A DNA stretch of 64,000 nucleotides from Octopus vulgaris (Eukaryota): the NCBI GenBank assembly GCA_951406725.2, contig OX597815.1, forward strand, positions 39,184,001 to 39,248,000, written 5' to 3'. This document shows, one piece after another, positions 39,861-53,837 of this stretch. A program made the translations under genes and the position numbers. The notes below the pieces were generated by a model. That model was not told the DNA's origin, did no database searches, and saw nothing but the letters and a program-made list of their open reading frames with translations. Position 1 is the first letter of the stretch. Each line of letters opens with the position of its first letter.

Positions 39861-40084
39861 TTAACCCTTTAGCATTTAAACCAGCCATATCCAGCCAAAA
39901 TATTCTACTTGTTTTATGTTAAAACTGGCCAGATGTGGCCCGGCACAACTACCCTACATTGTCTAAAAATTAACAGTTGCCTCATAAAAATCTGAATGTT
40001 ATAAGACAAAATATGATTAATTCAAAATAATGAGATTAAATAAGCATTACCTTTGACAGAATAATCTGAATGCTAAAGGGTTAA
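39861..40084. mobile_element. piggyBac-type MITE, family A
   Basis: TTAA-ccctttagcatt...aatgctaaaggg-TTAA; ends resemble those of 27527-30028. Confidence 0.9.
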
Positions 40085-41239
40085 AGAAGTACTTGCTAGC
40101 AAGTGCTTCATGACATGAGGAAGGAGAGCGAAACTTACAAGACAACCATAAGTTCCCACTAGAGTTGCACCAATAGGCAGAGCATCAGTATCAGCTTTTT
40201 CATCAATTAATTGGTTTTGTTAATCAGTCATCCATTGTTTTATATTATTAGTTGTTTATTATTATTAATAAGCACAAAAACCATGAGTGACAGAGAAATC
40301 TGAAAAACATATGTAAAAATACATAAAATATTATTTCCTAAGCCTATCAGTGTAATCCCAGTGTCTGAACATGATCTACGCAACTGGACTTCTCTGGAAG
40401 TATATCTCCCAATTTGTAAAAGGGTATCAAAGTAGAACGCCATCCTACTATCCTACAACTAACTTTTTCAAATGGAATTCATTTAGAAAAATCAAGGATT
40501 GTGATTACATGCTTATTTAAAAGGTATTAAAAAATTTCCCATTAATAAATGGTTCCTATTATTTAAACTCTTAAATCAACAGTATCCTTACTAACCAGTC
40601 TAGGAAATGCACTACTCTTGGGGATCTAGCTTTAACAAACTCATGAGTACAAAAGAATGAGCAGGTTATATTTAGATAGCTAATAACTAATATGTTTATA
40701 GACATGCTAAGTGTTGCCTTCTATGCACATTCAGTTAATTAAAAATACTTTTCAGTTTTGGCTTTATGCCAATATGACTACACAAACTCTGCATGTTGGT
40801 TTTACAATCACACAACTGAACAAGACAGAAACCATGGGACATGTTGCATACAGAGAGGTGTACTGTTGAATGACAAAATTCCAAAGCAATAAAAAGTACA
40901 AACTAGGGTAAAAAAAAAATTAGCCTAATTCTGTCATCAAATATTCTCAAAAACAGTACCATAACTGTAATGAATGAAATATTACCAACAATTAATTACA
41001 ACTCATATTTTCATATCATTATACATAATTACATCATAAATAATCAGTGGCCCACTAATCGATAGCAGCTGATAAGGTGAGGCCAGTTAATCAGTAATCA
41101 ACTCTTTTGCTTATCTTCAAGACAAAATGCTACAAGTAACAAACCTGATCTGTCACTCATACAAGGTTTCAGGAGCATTGCTTACCTAGAAGAAAAGACC
41201 AGTACTAGGTTAAAGTAAAAAAGTTTGCACATGTTCTGC

Positions 41240-41630
41240 ATTGAAGATCAAGTGTTTAAAGAAGAATCAAGACAGCATTAGGGAGAAGTGTGTACAGAAC
41301 AACATCAGTGAACTTGCCATCACCAACATGAGGAGAAAGGCATGGAAATGCTACTACAAAAGACGAAAGTTACTAAAATAGTTAAACTACAACTGATCAT
41401 GAACAGAATTAGCCTAGATGGTTTACTGGTTGATAGTGCCAAGAGGAAATGATGCTCTCTTCCCAGTGAAATAAACTGCAAGATAAGTACTTAGCTAAGA
41501 AGATGCTACTACTTAAATACTAGTTAACCTGCAGAAAGTCTTTCAAAGAATCTGACACTTCATAGTGGTTGCTAAGGAAACTAGAGATAGATGACTGGCG
41601 TGCAAGAGTCATGTAAGCCATCTACAGTGC
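41240..41630 (+). mobile_element. Old RTE LINE fragment
   Basis: aggaaactagagatagatgactgg...gccatctacag parallels RKLGIEEWLVRAVQAMY in the 19860 copy. Confidence 0.5.
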
Positions 41631-42427
41631 ATTTTAAACATGATAGTAATTTTATAATCAAAATCAAATGGAGTTTTTAAAATTGATTGCCTAAAAGGAA
41701 AACTGTAGCAAAGTAAATTAAAAACCATTAAAAACACACCAATAAGGTCAATAAAAAAAGGTAAAATTTGAATATCAAGTTACCTTTTAGACAAAAAAGC
41801 AATTCCAGCAAATGGAAAAAAGGTAAAGGGCATATATATCAGTCATAATCATAACTGATTAGTTTATGCCAAAAATTAGATTTGAAGACAACAGACTTTA
41901 AAGTATTAAGACAGTTTGTACTTATATAGGCCAATCAGTAAACAAATATTTTACAGTTCTAAAGTTCAAAATCTTTCAGATAATATTCCATTATTCAGAT
42001 ATTTAAATAATACAAGTACCATTATTATACACTTTACAAATATATATATACATTATATATATATGTGTGTGTGTGTGTGTGTTTAAGAAAAATAGGAAAA
42101 GAAAATGTGTTATTCCTTTTACAGAACATAACTGCAATGTAAAGGAAAAGCACATTTTCTTTTATTATTTGAGATATATAAAATAGTGTCTTCTACTATA
42201 GCCCAGGGCTGGGCTTACCAATATGTGTGAGTGTGAGTACATTTGGGTATCCTTGCCTTGACACTGTGATAGTTGTAAATGAGTGACACAGTCTGGCCAT
42301 GGGGGAATATTAGCATGTTTAGAAACAGCTGAGGGTTGGTGACAGGAAGGGCATCCGGTTGTTGAATATTTATCTCAAACTGTCTAACCAATGCAAGCAT
42401 GAGGCAGTGGACATTAAAATGATGAGT

Positions 42428-42670
42428 AACAAGTGGGCAGAATCATTGACAGAATGCCTAGCTGCATTTCTCCCAACATTGTGTTCTAAGTTCAAATACC
42501 ACCGGGGTCGATTTTGTCCTTCATTCTTTCAGGGACAATAAATAAAGTACCAGCTGAGTACTGGGATCAATGTAATTTACTAACACTCTCCCTATAAAAA
42601 TTTCAGGCCTTGTGCCAATAGCAGAAAGGATTATTATTATTATTATTATTACTATAATTATTATCATCAT
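42428..42670 (+). mobile_element. Degenerate SINE family 2 with (ATT)n tail
   Basis: ggcagaatc...gttcaaatacc...ggtcgattttgtccttcattctttc...aagtaccag, colinear with 52740-52970. Confidence 0.7.
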
Positions 42671-45600
42671 CATTTTTATTTTTATTCCTGAATGAATAAA
42701 TACAGTTAATCTAGGTAGCAAAAAAGAAAAAAAGTTTCTTCCTTTATTTTTTTAATGGCATTATGGGATGGTCTTTGCAAATTTCTATATAATTAAACAC
42801 CCAAGCAGGAAAGTGGTTGCACTCACTTTTCATGCATAGAAATTATGGCAAATTTTAACGATAGATATACATTCTAAGCCATACAGACAATATCCAGCTC
42901 AAGGTGAATAAGACTACAAATGATAAAACAGATTGTGTAAACTGACAGCGTACAAACGGAAAAACTGCCTTTATTGCTTTCTAAGCTAAAATTGCTTTTT
43001 AGCCAAACTTCTGGAAAAATTTTTTTTACCAAATAAACAGCTCAAAACTGAAACAATGACCAAGCAAATTATTTTTCATTGACATGAATATCCCAGATCA
43101 CCAACAAATTCTATATAGGCAGGAAATTTATGCACAGATCAATGATGCAGATATTTGTAACTGACATTGTTATTCCACACTTCATCTAAATTCAGTTACA
43201 AATAATAATTTTGCTACATTGGTATACAAAACTCTTAACTGAAATGGAAACTCTTTAGTTTGAAAACCTTTTCCTCACATTTTTTTTAATGTATTTTGGA
43301 AATTATTTAAGCTACCAATGTTATTTACCTGGGAATCAGAAGATAGAAGTCGTAGTCAAAAGCAATTAAAATCTACTAGACTACCAAAAGTGGCAATTTG
43401 TTTTTCTAAGTCAACTGAATTTTATTTAGATAGACATAAATGAAAAGATTACAAGTGCCCATACAATTCTTTACTCAGCAAGACAGAATTACTCCTACAT
43501 AAATGAGATTCTGCAGAACATTTTAAAATTTCCAAAAAATTTTACTTGGATCAAATTGCGTACCAAATTGTCTGGCAAACTTTCTGACATGAAGAGAAAT
43601 CATGCTTAGTGTAGTGTGTGTATGCGTGTGTGCGTGCGTACAAGTTTGGATGCCAGCCCATTAAGGCACAACTCTAAAAAGGAAATATAGAAAAAATAAA
43701 TAATAACCCAAACAATGGTACTTCTATCTTCCTAGAAGAAGCAAATGGTGACGAAGAAAGAAGCTCTTTATTAAAATGACTCAGAATGTGTGTGTGTGAG
43801 GTCAGCACAAAACTTTATGTATATTGGTTGATGAACGGCCAAGTGTCAAACTGTATTCAAGTAAACCAATGCTTATCGCAAAAAAACAAAGACGAAACTA
43901 TAAATTTTGTATCACTCCGGTTGATTAAAAAGAAAAATTTTGTAAAGAACAGAAATTTTGAGTAATTATTGTATACATATCTATCATCAAGAAACATTCA
44001 AGCTGGACTGACTTCTAGGTGAGAGTAAGCTCCAATAACCTATTTATATAGTGTCAGAAACACTGCACTATTTTCTTTCTCGCTCTTCCTTCTACCAATG
44101 GCCAAATCATTAGGAATCAAAAGAAAAACTGTCTTCAAAGCAAAGCATGGTTTCTATTTTGAACCTCATAGCAATTATCTCATCATAGCACTGAACAAGA
44201 GGATTTGTGTGGGCCTAAACTTAAATTCAACAGTCATAAACAAAAATAAGATTCAAGAAGCAGTTTGAAAGCACTTTTATCCTTAGAACATCTAACCACT
44301 GAAATATGAAATCAGACATTGCGTATTTCCTACAAGATATATGTCAATTCTCTCAATTGAATTCTACATTAAAACATTAAATGCCACTAGTCCAAAGCTG
44401 AAACTACTAACAGCTAAAGCATAGCACTGAACCTCGAGTCATATAACAGATTATATATAGTTAAGACAATTTGAAATTTGAAAGGGGGCATGAAGAATTT
44501 ATTCTTTACAAAGACATTTCTCGTGTAGCTTTCTCATTGAAAATATAGTAGTCTGCAGCATGTTTAAATTACTGTTATATATTAGCTACCATTTTATATT
44601 TTGAGTAAACAGAAATTGCATGTGAAGGTGGATTTTGTGATAGCATTCAACATTGGCTATTTTCACTGAATGTTTTTGAGATGCTATAAAACATGCTAAG
44701 TCCTACAACAGAGAACTAAATAACTTCGGCAAGATGATTAAATGAGAAACCACTAGAAATCCTAATAAATGAACAGTCAAATTCCTTCACCTCCCTACCT
44801 ACCATTTTACAAAGAGATGGAAAAGCTCCATGAGCACAACAAAAGCCAAACAAATCTGTTAATCATGAAATAGGTCAACATTTCTCAATTGAAAATCTTT
44901 ATAAAGGAACTGGAGAACAAAATAAAAGTGATTTGAAGCAGTGTGTATGTGGAAATAATTGAGGATCAGTGTCAGGTAGAGTATCCTGCCATAGAAAATC
45001 TTCCTCAAAGAATCTCATCTGACCCATGCATGTGTGGAAAAGTATACTTTAAAATGATATAGTATCTATATGATGTGAGAAAGGGAATAACTTGGATAGG
45101 TTTTGGCCAGTATAGGCACAGGCCATGTATAACTTAATAGCACCACCTGATAGTCTTTTAGTCATATATGGGGCACCATGGCCTCACCTCAAAATAACAG
45201 ATTGCAAGCCCTATGAGTAGGTGGGGTTTTTTTTAATATTATTTGAAAGTTTATGAAGGTATAATATTTAATTTCATTTATAATTATAAAAAAAAAAAAA
45301 AACTGTAGCTGTTAACTTGTAACTCACACATACACACACATTCCTGAGTTACACTTGTCTAGCAATTGATTTCATCAAGAGATTGCATCATGGTAGTGTC
45401 ATAAAATAGTCATTTAAAACACAACATATACATAGTGGTTTGTATTTTATTACTATCTTGTGTTAAACAGAATTTGAAATGTCTTGTATTCACCTATGAT
45501 CTGATCACTAAAAGTCTACAGTAGCTAAGATTATAAACATACAACTGCTGATATGTTGCTATATTACCAAACAGATGAACTACAATGTAAGTTGGAAATT

Positions 45601-46696
45601 GAAAATCATACTAATAGATTTAAAATGTTAGAGAGAAAAAAATTACTACACTGGGAAAGAATTATATTTCATAAATTAGAAAAACTAATAAAATAAATGC
45701 AATAAGTAAGGGTGTGTGCTAGAGGGAGAAAGTTTAAGCTTCCTACTGAAAAAAGAAAACAAGTTGAATATTTCTATAATTATTTTCATTTTACAGAAGT
45801 GAACAGTACACTAGAATTAACATTTCTTTGTGACTGCTAGAAGAATTGCCAGTGGTAATAAAGTATGGACTTAGTCTGAGATAAATTTTCACAATAATTA
45901 AACCATTTATAGAAGTGAAAATGGCACAATAAATAATGATCCATATATTATCAAGTTCAAATCCTGATAATCAGCCTTCTTTCTTTGCTCCTTAAAAATT
46001 CAGTTAAGTACACTTATTTCCAGGCTTTTAGTTTATTTCTCTTGGCTTTTGATAATTAAGACTATTTTAAAAAACATAGTTGCTTTAACATTTTAATAAC
46101 AGTAAATTAAGAAATAATGAGTCTCGTGGTTTAAATAAGTTCCAAAAACAACATTTGTATGACCTACAATGCAAAATATTAACCTATAAAAAAATTCTAT
46201 ACAGCAGTAGTGTGATTTAATATTTAAAAATAAATTATATGAAGACTTACAAACATGTAACTTGTTTCCTAATCAAAAATTATTAAAAAACATCTTGACT
46301 GTTTTCAAAGAGAATTTTAAAAATAAAAAATTAGTTGAAAAAACAAAACAAATTCCAAAATTATGCAGAAATTTGGGGACAAAAATTTAGAACCTCCATA
46401 AAGTTTCTCTTCAACAAATTCAACAATGAAAATAAACCATATCAATTCCTCCGGTGCAAATTAGTTCACTTTAAATCCTCCAAGCAAAATCTCTTGAACA
46501 ATAAATTGCCATTCAACTTTGAAATCTAATTATCATTCAATATATTTTAAACCCAGCAAAAACAAAATATATAAATAAATACAGTAGTTTTGTCTTTTAC
46601 TGGTCTCAATCATTGGATTGTAGCCTTGAAGAATTTCAGTTAAACATATCTACTCCAGTACTTTATATGGTACTATTTCACATTTCTCATGTTAAG

Positions 46697-46930
46697 TACA
46701 GGGATTGAACAAAATAATGAAAACACCTTAAAATTTCAAACAAATTTAATTTAATATGGAGTAGGACTGCCTTTGACAGTAATTACAGCTTGAATTCTAT
46801 GAGGTATGGACTCATACAAAGTTTTGAAGTGTTTCCAAAGGAATTTTTGTCCATTCTTCAGCTAAAACAGTCTCCAATTCTTGTAGTGATGATGGTGAAG
46901 GATATCAACTTCTTACTTGTTTTTCTAAAA
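46697..46930 (-). mobile_element. Tc1 transposon 3' end
   Basis: TA-cagggattgaacaaaataatgaaaacacc terminal repeat. Minus strand LQELETVLAEEWTKIPLET..TLYESIPHRIQAVITVKGSPTPY*. Confidence 0.8.
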
Positions 46931-46977
46931 TGTGTGTGCGTGTGTATATATATATATGTGTGTGTGTGTATATGTGT

Positions 46978-47009
<32 letters not shown>

Positions 47010-47026
47010 GTATATATGTGTGTGTG

Positions 47027-47057
<31 letters not shown>
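46931..47057. repeat. Compound (TG)n/(TA)n microsatellite
   Basis: Read directly from the sequence. Confidence 0.95.
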
Positions 47058-50000
47058 ACTGGTAGAAGTTAATTAAAATCCAAGAACTTTGAAGAATTAG
47101 ATTACTAGTTCACCTTTACAAGGGAATTAGTAATGGTGCATCATGTATGTTCTTCAGTGCACTTCAAAGCAACTAAAATGGGATTCTTTCAATACAAGTT
47201 TTCCTTTGAAAAGGACTATTACCAGAAATTCCAAACAAGTAACTTATTCTATTTAGTGTTTATTAGCAGATTGTAACTTATTCTACTTAATGTTTATTAG
47301 CAGTTTGTTTCCATATACCATGTCATCATTCTTGACAGCACTCGTCCACAGGTACACATTGCCGAAATTATCTAGTATTCTACTGTTCAAGTCGGTTTGC
47401 TATCAAAGTTTAAAGATCATACAAGCGGTGATGGTCCAGAATGGCAGAATCATTGGTTTCAAAACTTTCTATTATCATGAAGAGTATCTGCAATTGAGTA
47501 TTAATGGTGCTTCAGTTTATTTGAAACACCCGAGTCAGAACATGTCAGTTGGACACTTCATATTTTTTAACAGTCAATGATTTTGTTTTCACTCCAGATG
47601 AGACAAATTGTCATGCCAAAGTACCAGATCAACCTTGACAACTGTCTCAGTGGGGAGATATATCCCTATTCTTGGAGCTAAAGTTCTGTACCATTTCATG
47701 AAAGTGGGTTTTTATTATGTAAATGGCCTTTGGTAGATAAAATGAGTTCTTCAAATTGAACACTATCAGCATTTTGCCTGTTAACCACACTATGCATCAA
47801 ATTACAAGTAGCACTTGTCTCTTTATATAGATGTAAAATGTCTAAGAAATAACATTTTTGGTGCATGGGTTTATAAGGTGTTTTTCAAAGTAATCTAGAA
47901 ACATACAATCCAACATGCATAAGTTGTAGATTATATAACAGTTTGTCTACAATGTTACTTAAAATAGATTAATATTCAATTGAAGGAGAGAGAGAAATTT
48001 CTAATATTTGCTATGTGCTAGAGAAATGAGAATGAAGCTTTATGACATTTACCCTCACCAATGGAATTTTGACAATTTATTTACCCTATTATGAGCTTAA
48101 TCCCATTTTCACTATCCATCATTAGCTTTCATTCACTCTAATAGTAAACAGATACTTAATCTCTCTTTTATTATATGATTTGATCTAAAAAACATCATCT
48201 AAATAACTAATGTCCAAAAATACAAGTTGAAAAAAAAATATACAAAACAAACAAAACTAAAACCATTTAATATTTGGCTTCCAAGCTAGCATGGGATGTA
48301 AGCCCTCACAAGTCATTTGCCTACACTATAACAAAATAAAACATTTCTCTAGATTATATATTAAACAACAAAAGGCTTTTCACCTGCACAATAACTCTGC
48401 AGAGTCTACAATATTAAATAATGTAAATATTGAAAACAAACTGGAAATTAATTTAAACATTTCTATTAATATGGAAAATATTTTTGTAAATTTAATATCA
48501 CATAGCATTAACAATGAAAACCCACATATGATTACCATAGTAAACTCTGTGATTAGATTAATTCAATTATGCTATTATATAACTAAGCATTTTATAGCTT
48601 TGTCTTTCTCAACCCAAGTACTCTAACAGAAAACAAAAAAAAGTTATGAATGTATTGTTGTTCTGCATACCATTTTTCAGAAAACAAAAAACAATAAATG
48701 GTAGAGACCAAAATGCTAATCTGCAAAATTCTCATTGAAAACTGAATGTTATGAAGGCAAATTGCACTGAACTCACTTTTATACAGCTATCTCTGCTTAA
48801 ATAAATATTAATTGATTCAAATAAAACTAGATAAGGCAAAGAATTAGAAGCCACAGCTTCTGACATTAAGTAGAGTTTAGAAGAGAGAAAGACAGCTAGA
48901 ATGGCTTTCAAACAGGCAAAGCAAACACCTGGACTAGGTTAAGATAAAAAGTTAAAATAAATTAGAGGCTTGATAACACAAGAAAAGAAATTATACAATA
49001 TCTCTACAGAGTGCTATTAATAAATTAAAGATGATTTATGAGATAAGATAAACATTACATTAAACATTTGTATTTATTTTATTTCTATCATCATGAAAGC
49101 CTATTTTAACAATTGACAAGATAGGTTTTACAATAGTCCTGAGTGGCCTCATTCACTGGAAATATTTTGATCAAACACAGTAAACAGCCATAACATGAGG
49201 AAACAACTGTGTCTACTTCATGATCCAAGCATCTATTTTTCAGAATTAATGCAGGCTTATAGTGGCATGCTAATATTTGAAGTGATTGTTTCTATTATAA
49301 CCAATAATCTTAATGAAGCAAAAGTATATTTCATAGAAGTAACTAAAATATTGAAGTTCGGATGTTAAACGATGATGATGATGATGAAGGAAACAAATTC
49401 GTAAGAAAATGGTATGAAAAAGCTGTTAGTAATAGAAATGTTAAACCAACTGTTATCTCAAAATATTTTATTTCTTGTCTAATAGTACTAATTTATTTTC
49501 AGTCACCCACTACAGTATAATCAAAAGTAAGATATATAAACTGAGATTTTATAAAAGATTGTAGAAACATCATTCTAGATATGAAGTAAAAGGCTATTTG
49601 GCAATGGGGATCAAAACAAAAATTTAATGATCAGGTTTTTTCAAGCTGTTCAAACAAATATAGAAAAGAAATTCATGATTTAATGTTTCAATTGCTAAGA
49701 ATTGTTATCAATTCACCTAGGATTATTCTCTCTTGGCAATTTTTAAACCATTGCTATTTTTATGCTATTCTGGAATTATTGGTTACAGCTCGCTCTCACT
49801 TGAAACTAACCAGCTAGAAAGAGACCTCAAAGTGGTTCTTTGACTTGCTAGGGAAAGCAAGTTATATCTCCTTTCAATTCCACTGTATCATCTTAAATAG
49901 AAAAAATACATTTTTTTAATACCTTTGATCATAGGCCAGCTTAAGGAGGGACAATCTGGGGCTAAATAAAAACAAACCAGTTACCTCACCATATCAGTCT

Positions 50001-50109
50001 CTTTCTCTCTCTCACACCTCACAGCAAACATTATATGTAGTACTTCATTTAGAGTGCTTGACAGTGCAGTTATTTGGTGTTTTAACCAATTTTGCTGTGA
50101 GCAAAGTTT

Positions 50110-50575
50110 TACATTACCTTAGATAGGTTTCAGCCAGTAGAGGTCCCATGTCTAACTTAATAGCACACCTGGTGAAGTCTTTTAGATCTGGATTCACACC
50201 TCAGTCATATATGAGAGACCATGGTCCACTCTAGCAAAAAAGAGTTATTATTGTTGGCAACATATCTGGGTGTAGGAGGTTGGTCTGGGATTTTTTGGCA
50301 AAATTTGACCAGAGAACTTTTGAATTTTATGGGATCCGTTTCTATTTTGATGCACATATTGGTATGATATTGAAGAAAGCTGGACCGGTTGAGGTAAAGT
50401 AGCTATGTGTCTTCAGTTCAATTTTTGTTATGGGCAGATAGCACAGGAGCCAAGTCTTGGGTGGATTTTAAAACTGGTGCCAACATCACTTGTGCAATAT
50501 TGATAGAATATTTTCCACATCACACAAATGTAGCACTCACGGCAGTGCTGGAGAGAGTAGAGATTGGGTTTTTTT
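50110..50575 (-). mobile_element. CR1-group LINE 3' end
   Basis: Minus strand LYSLQHCRECY...WKI...HPRLG...TGPAFFNIIP...KIPDQPPTPRY. Its 3' UTR also appears as a fragment at ~45095-45185. Confidence 0.7.
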
Positions 50576-51903
50576 AGTTGACCCTATAATATTTGGTTTC
50601 CATTTTTAATATAGCAAGCACTGTTTTGTTTAAAAAGTAACTACACACAAAAAGCCAAGTGACTACAAATATTCCTTGCTAGCCTGTTATAACTGAAGTT
50701 CCAAGCATTGCTCTTAAATTATGTCATATTCACCATGCACTGACAAAATTCACTTTACCCATCCAGAATATTTGAATATATATATAGCCAGACTAGTTGT
50801 AATTTGCTGACTGCCACACAACAACCCATACAACCTATCATTGTATGTAGAATATGTAGCAATGTATCAGCCTACAATGATGTTTGGCATAAGTGCAAGA
50901 CCTACAAGTTACTTAAGTAGAAAGTGCTTCATTGTTTTCTCAAAGCTGCATATCTGCCCAAAGCAGATATGCCCACAGCTACTAGAAAGAAAAAAAAATT
51001 TAACTTTTCTTCCCACAATAATTTCTTCTTTGCTATAAATATCCAACAGCATAAATATAACATTCTTTGGGACATAGAAAAAAAATAATGTCAATAGCAA
51101 TCTGTTCATCCTCACCTTTATTTAATATATCCTGCTAATATGACTAAGTACCCATCATGAGGGTAAATTATATTAAACAACTGTTCTTCCATTCTTCTTG
51201 ATGTTATCTATTTTACAGCTAAATGAAATAATTCTGTTTTGTACAGATCAGTAAATTCACTAAATTCTCCACCTTCAGCCCCCTTTATCCAATTTATCAC
51301 AGAAATCAAAAAGCTGCATTCCACAACAGAATAAAACTACAAGAAATTTTAAAGGAATTTTTATAATGCTCCTATAAGTAGCCTCTACATTTCTGGATAT
51401 GGAAGCACTCTAAGAACTAGTATACACAAAGAGCACATTTCCAGAGGCTAAGTTACTAAATTCTACAAGTGACCTGTTGAATATGATCTACTTGTTTTAA
51501 GCTATACATAAAAATTAGAGCCTCAAATAAACTTGTGTTTTTCATAATATAGTTTCAATTCATATTTGGCAGCAATATATATTCCTCATATCAAATATAA
51601 GCTAATTAGGTATTAACATTTGTAATACATATTATTGTACTGGTTTATTGGTTTCAGTCTATGGACTGCTGGCTTGCTGAGATGGCCATAAAAAGTGTCA
51701 GCAAATTCTGTCAACTCCAGTACTTCAATATTTTATTGATCAAGCATGGAAGGGCAAGGTTGATCTGAGCAAGAGTTAAATTCAAATCAAAAGGAAGTGC
51801 ATGTGTCCTAAGATAAAATTGGCTTCACAACTATGCATATCAATCCTATAGGAGAGCATCTAGAGCAAAATTTGGTTAGATGACAAACTGTGCAAAAGCA
51901 CAA

Positions 51904-52596
51904 GGATAGCTGTGTGGAAAAGTGCCACACTCTATCAACTGAGGGAACCTGCGGAAGAGGTAGACCCAAGAAGACCTGGGATGAGGTGGTGAAGCACAAC
52001 CTTCGAACATAAGGCCTCACCGAGGAAATGACTAGTGACCGAGACCTTTGGAAATATGCAGTGCATGAGAAGACCCAGCAAGCCAAGTGAGACCATAACC
52101 CATGGCCTATGCCAGGAGTGTAACCAGCCCGCTTATGCGTACCTTTCTTTCATTGGACACTAAACTATGCTTGCGAAGATCTGTTGAGGCAAGTGAAATC
52201 GAAAATGAATCAAATTCAATGACTGGCACTCGCGTCAAGGGAGCACTAAGAGCACCATCTGAGCGTGATCATTGCCAAAGCAGCTGACTGGCTTCCGTGC
52301 CAGTGGCACGTACAAAAAACATTCAAGTGAGGTCGTTACCAGTGCCACTGGACTGGCACCTGTACAGGTGGCATGTAAAAAACACCATTTGAGCCACCTG
52401 ACTGGCCCTCGTGCCTGTGGCACGTAAAAGCACCCACTACACTCTCGGAGTGATTGGCATTAGGAAGGGCATCCAGCAGAAGAAATTCTGCCAGATCAGA
52501 CTGGAGCCTGGTGCAACCATCTGGTTCGCCAATCCTCAGTCAAATCATCCAACCCATGCTAGCATTGAAAGCGGACGTTAAACAATGATGATGATG
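51904..52596 (+). mobile_element. RTE LINE 3' portion with tandem array and (ATG)n tail
   Basis: EGTCGRGRPKKTWDEVVK..DRDLWKYAV; the 3' UTR is colinear with 20785-21338. Confidence 0.9.
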
Positions 52597-52996
52597 AATA
52601 TTCATACCAACACACACATATATATATATGAATGATTGTATGCTGGTGTAAACAAGTGTGTCAATGTGTCCCTTTATGCCAGTTAGGTAACAGCCAGTCA
52701 TTAAATACAGTTCATTAAACTAAGCATCATATTGTGTAAGGCGGCGAGCTGGCAGAAACGTTAGCACGCTGGGCGAAATGTGTAGCCATATTTCGTCTGT
52801 CACTACGTTCTGAGTTCAAATTCCGCCGAGGTCGACTTTGCCTTTCATCCTTTCGGGGTTGATAAATTAAGTACCAGTTACGCACTGGGGTCGATGTAAT
52901 CGGCTTAATCTGTTTGTCTGTCCTCGTTTGTCCCCTCTGTGTTTAGCCCCTTGTGGGTAGTAAAGAAATAAATGATGATGATGAATATTCATACAA

Positions 52997-53028
<32 letters not shown>

Positions 53029-53128
53029 GAATGATTGTATGCTGGTGTAAACAAGTGTGTCAATGTGTCCCTTTATGCCAGTTAGGTAACAGCCAGTCAT
53101 TAAATACAGTTCATTAAACTAAGCATCA
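52584..53128 (+). repeat. ~146/158-bp direct repeats flanking the SINE (52584-52729 and 52971-53128)
   Basis: The copies are identical apart from (CA)n/(TA)n tract length and one substitution. Confidence 0.95.
52740..52970 (+). mobile_element. Young tRNA-derived SINE family 2 (Meta-core-like)
   Basis: ggcggcgagctggcagaa...gagttcaaattcc (B box)...gcctttcatcctttcggggttgataaattaagtaccag; CpGs retained. Confidence 0.88.
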
Positions 53129-53647
53129 AGCTGAAATAAGTAGAATTAATATGATCAAATGAAAAAAACTCAAAGATTGCACGCTAGCATGACTACAGCA
53201 TAACAACTGAAACCAATGACAATAAAACACACACAGAAATATAAATGTTATAAGAGCTACAGCTTTGAATTCTCTTTCATATAGGTCATCTCCTCTAAAT
53301 CAACTAGGTAGCTTTAGAAGAAATTCAGCTAGTCAAATTATATACTCTATACAAATTATTTCATATTTAGCTAATATCTCGGCTCATATTTAATGTGGAA
53401 TATTGAATAATCTGTCAGTGTTATTTTAAAAGGATTACAGCTATTTACAGAATGAGGTGTTTTCTATTTCAGTTCTAGAAGGTGGGGCAACTAATGTATC
53501 TCCTTACTATGTTTAAATTGATGCCACAACAATTTTCAAATATCACAAAGAGTCCTTGACTCATCTGGTCAGTAAGAACTAAAATAAAAGATAAGAAAAT
53601 AAAAATATACTAAAATGTTAACGTCAATATTTTTTTAAGGATCTCTC

Positions 53648-53685
<38 letters not shown>

Positions 53686-53837
53686 GTATCATATACTCAC
53701 ATGTGTATATACATACATATATGTATACCATCATTTACCATCTATTCTCCATGTATGAGCACATGTGTCTTTCTATATTTCATGCATTAACTCAAAAGCT
53801 TCAAGATCTTGATGAAATGATCATACATTTTTTACAA

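Noticed and set aside
46790-47065. ORFs with CVCV/YIYI runs (also 2779, 3100, 24372, 52867)
   Set aside because: These are translations of (TG)n/(TA)n microsatellites and SINEs.
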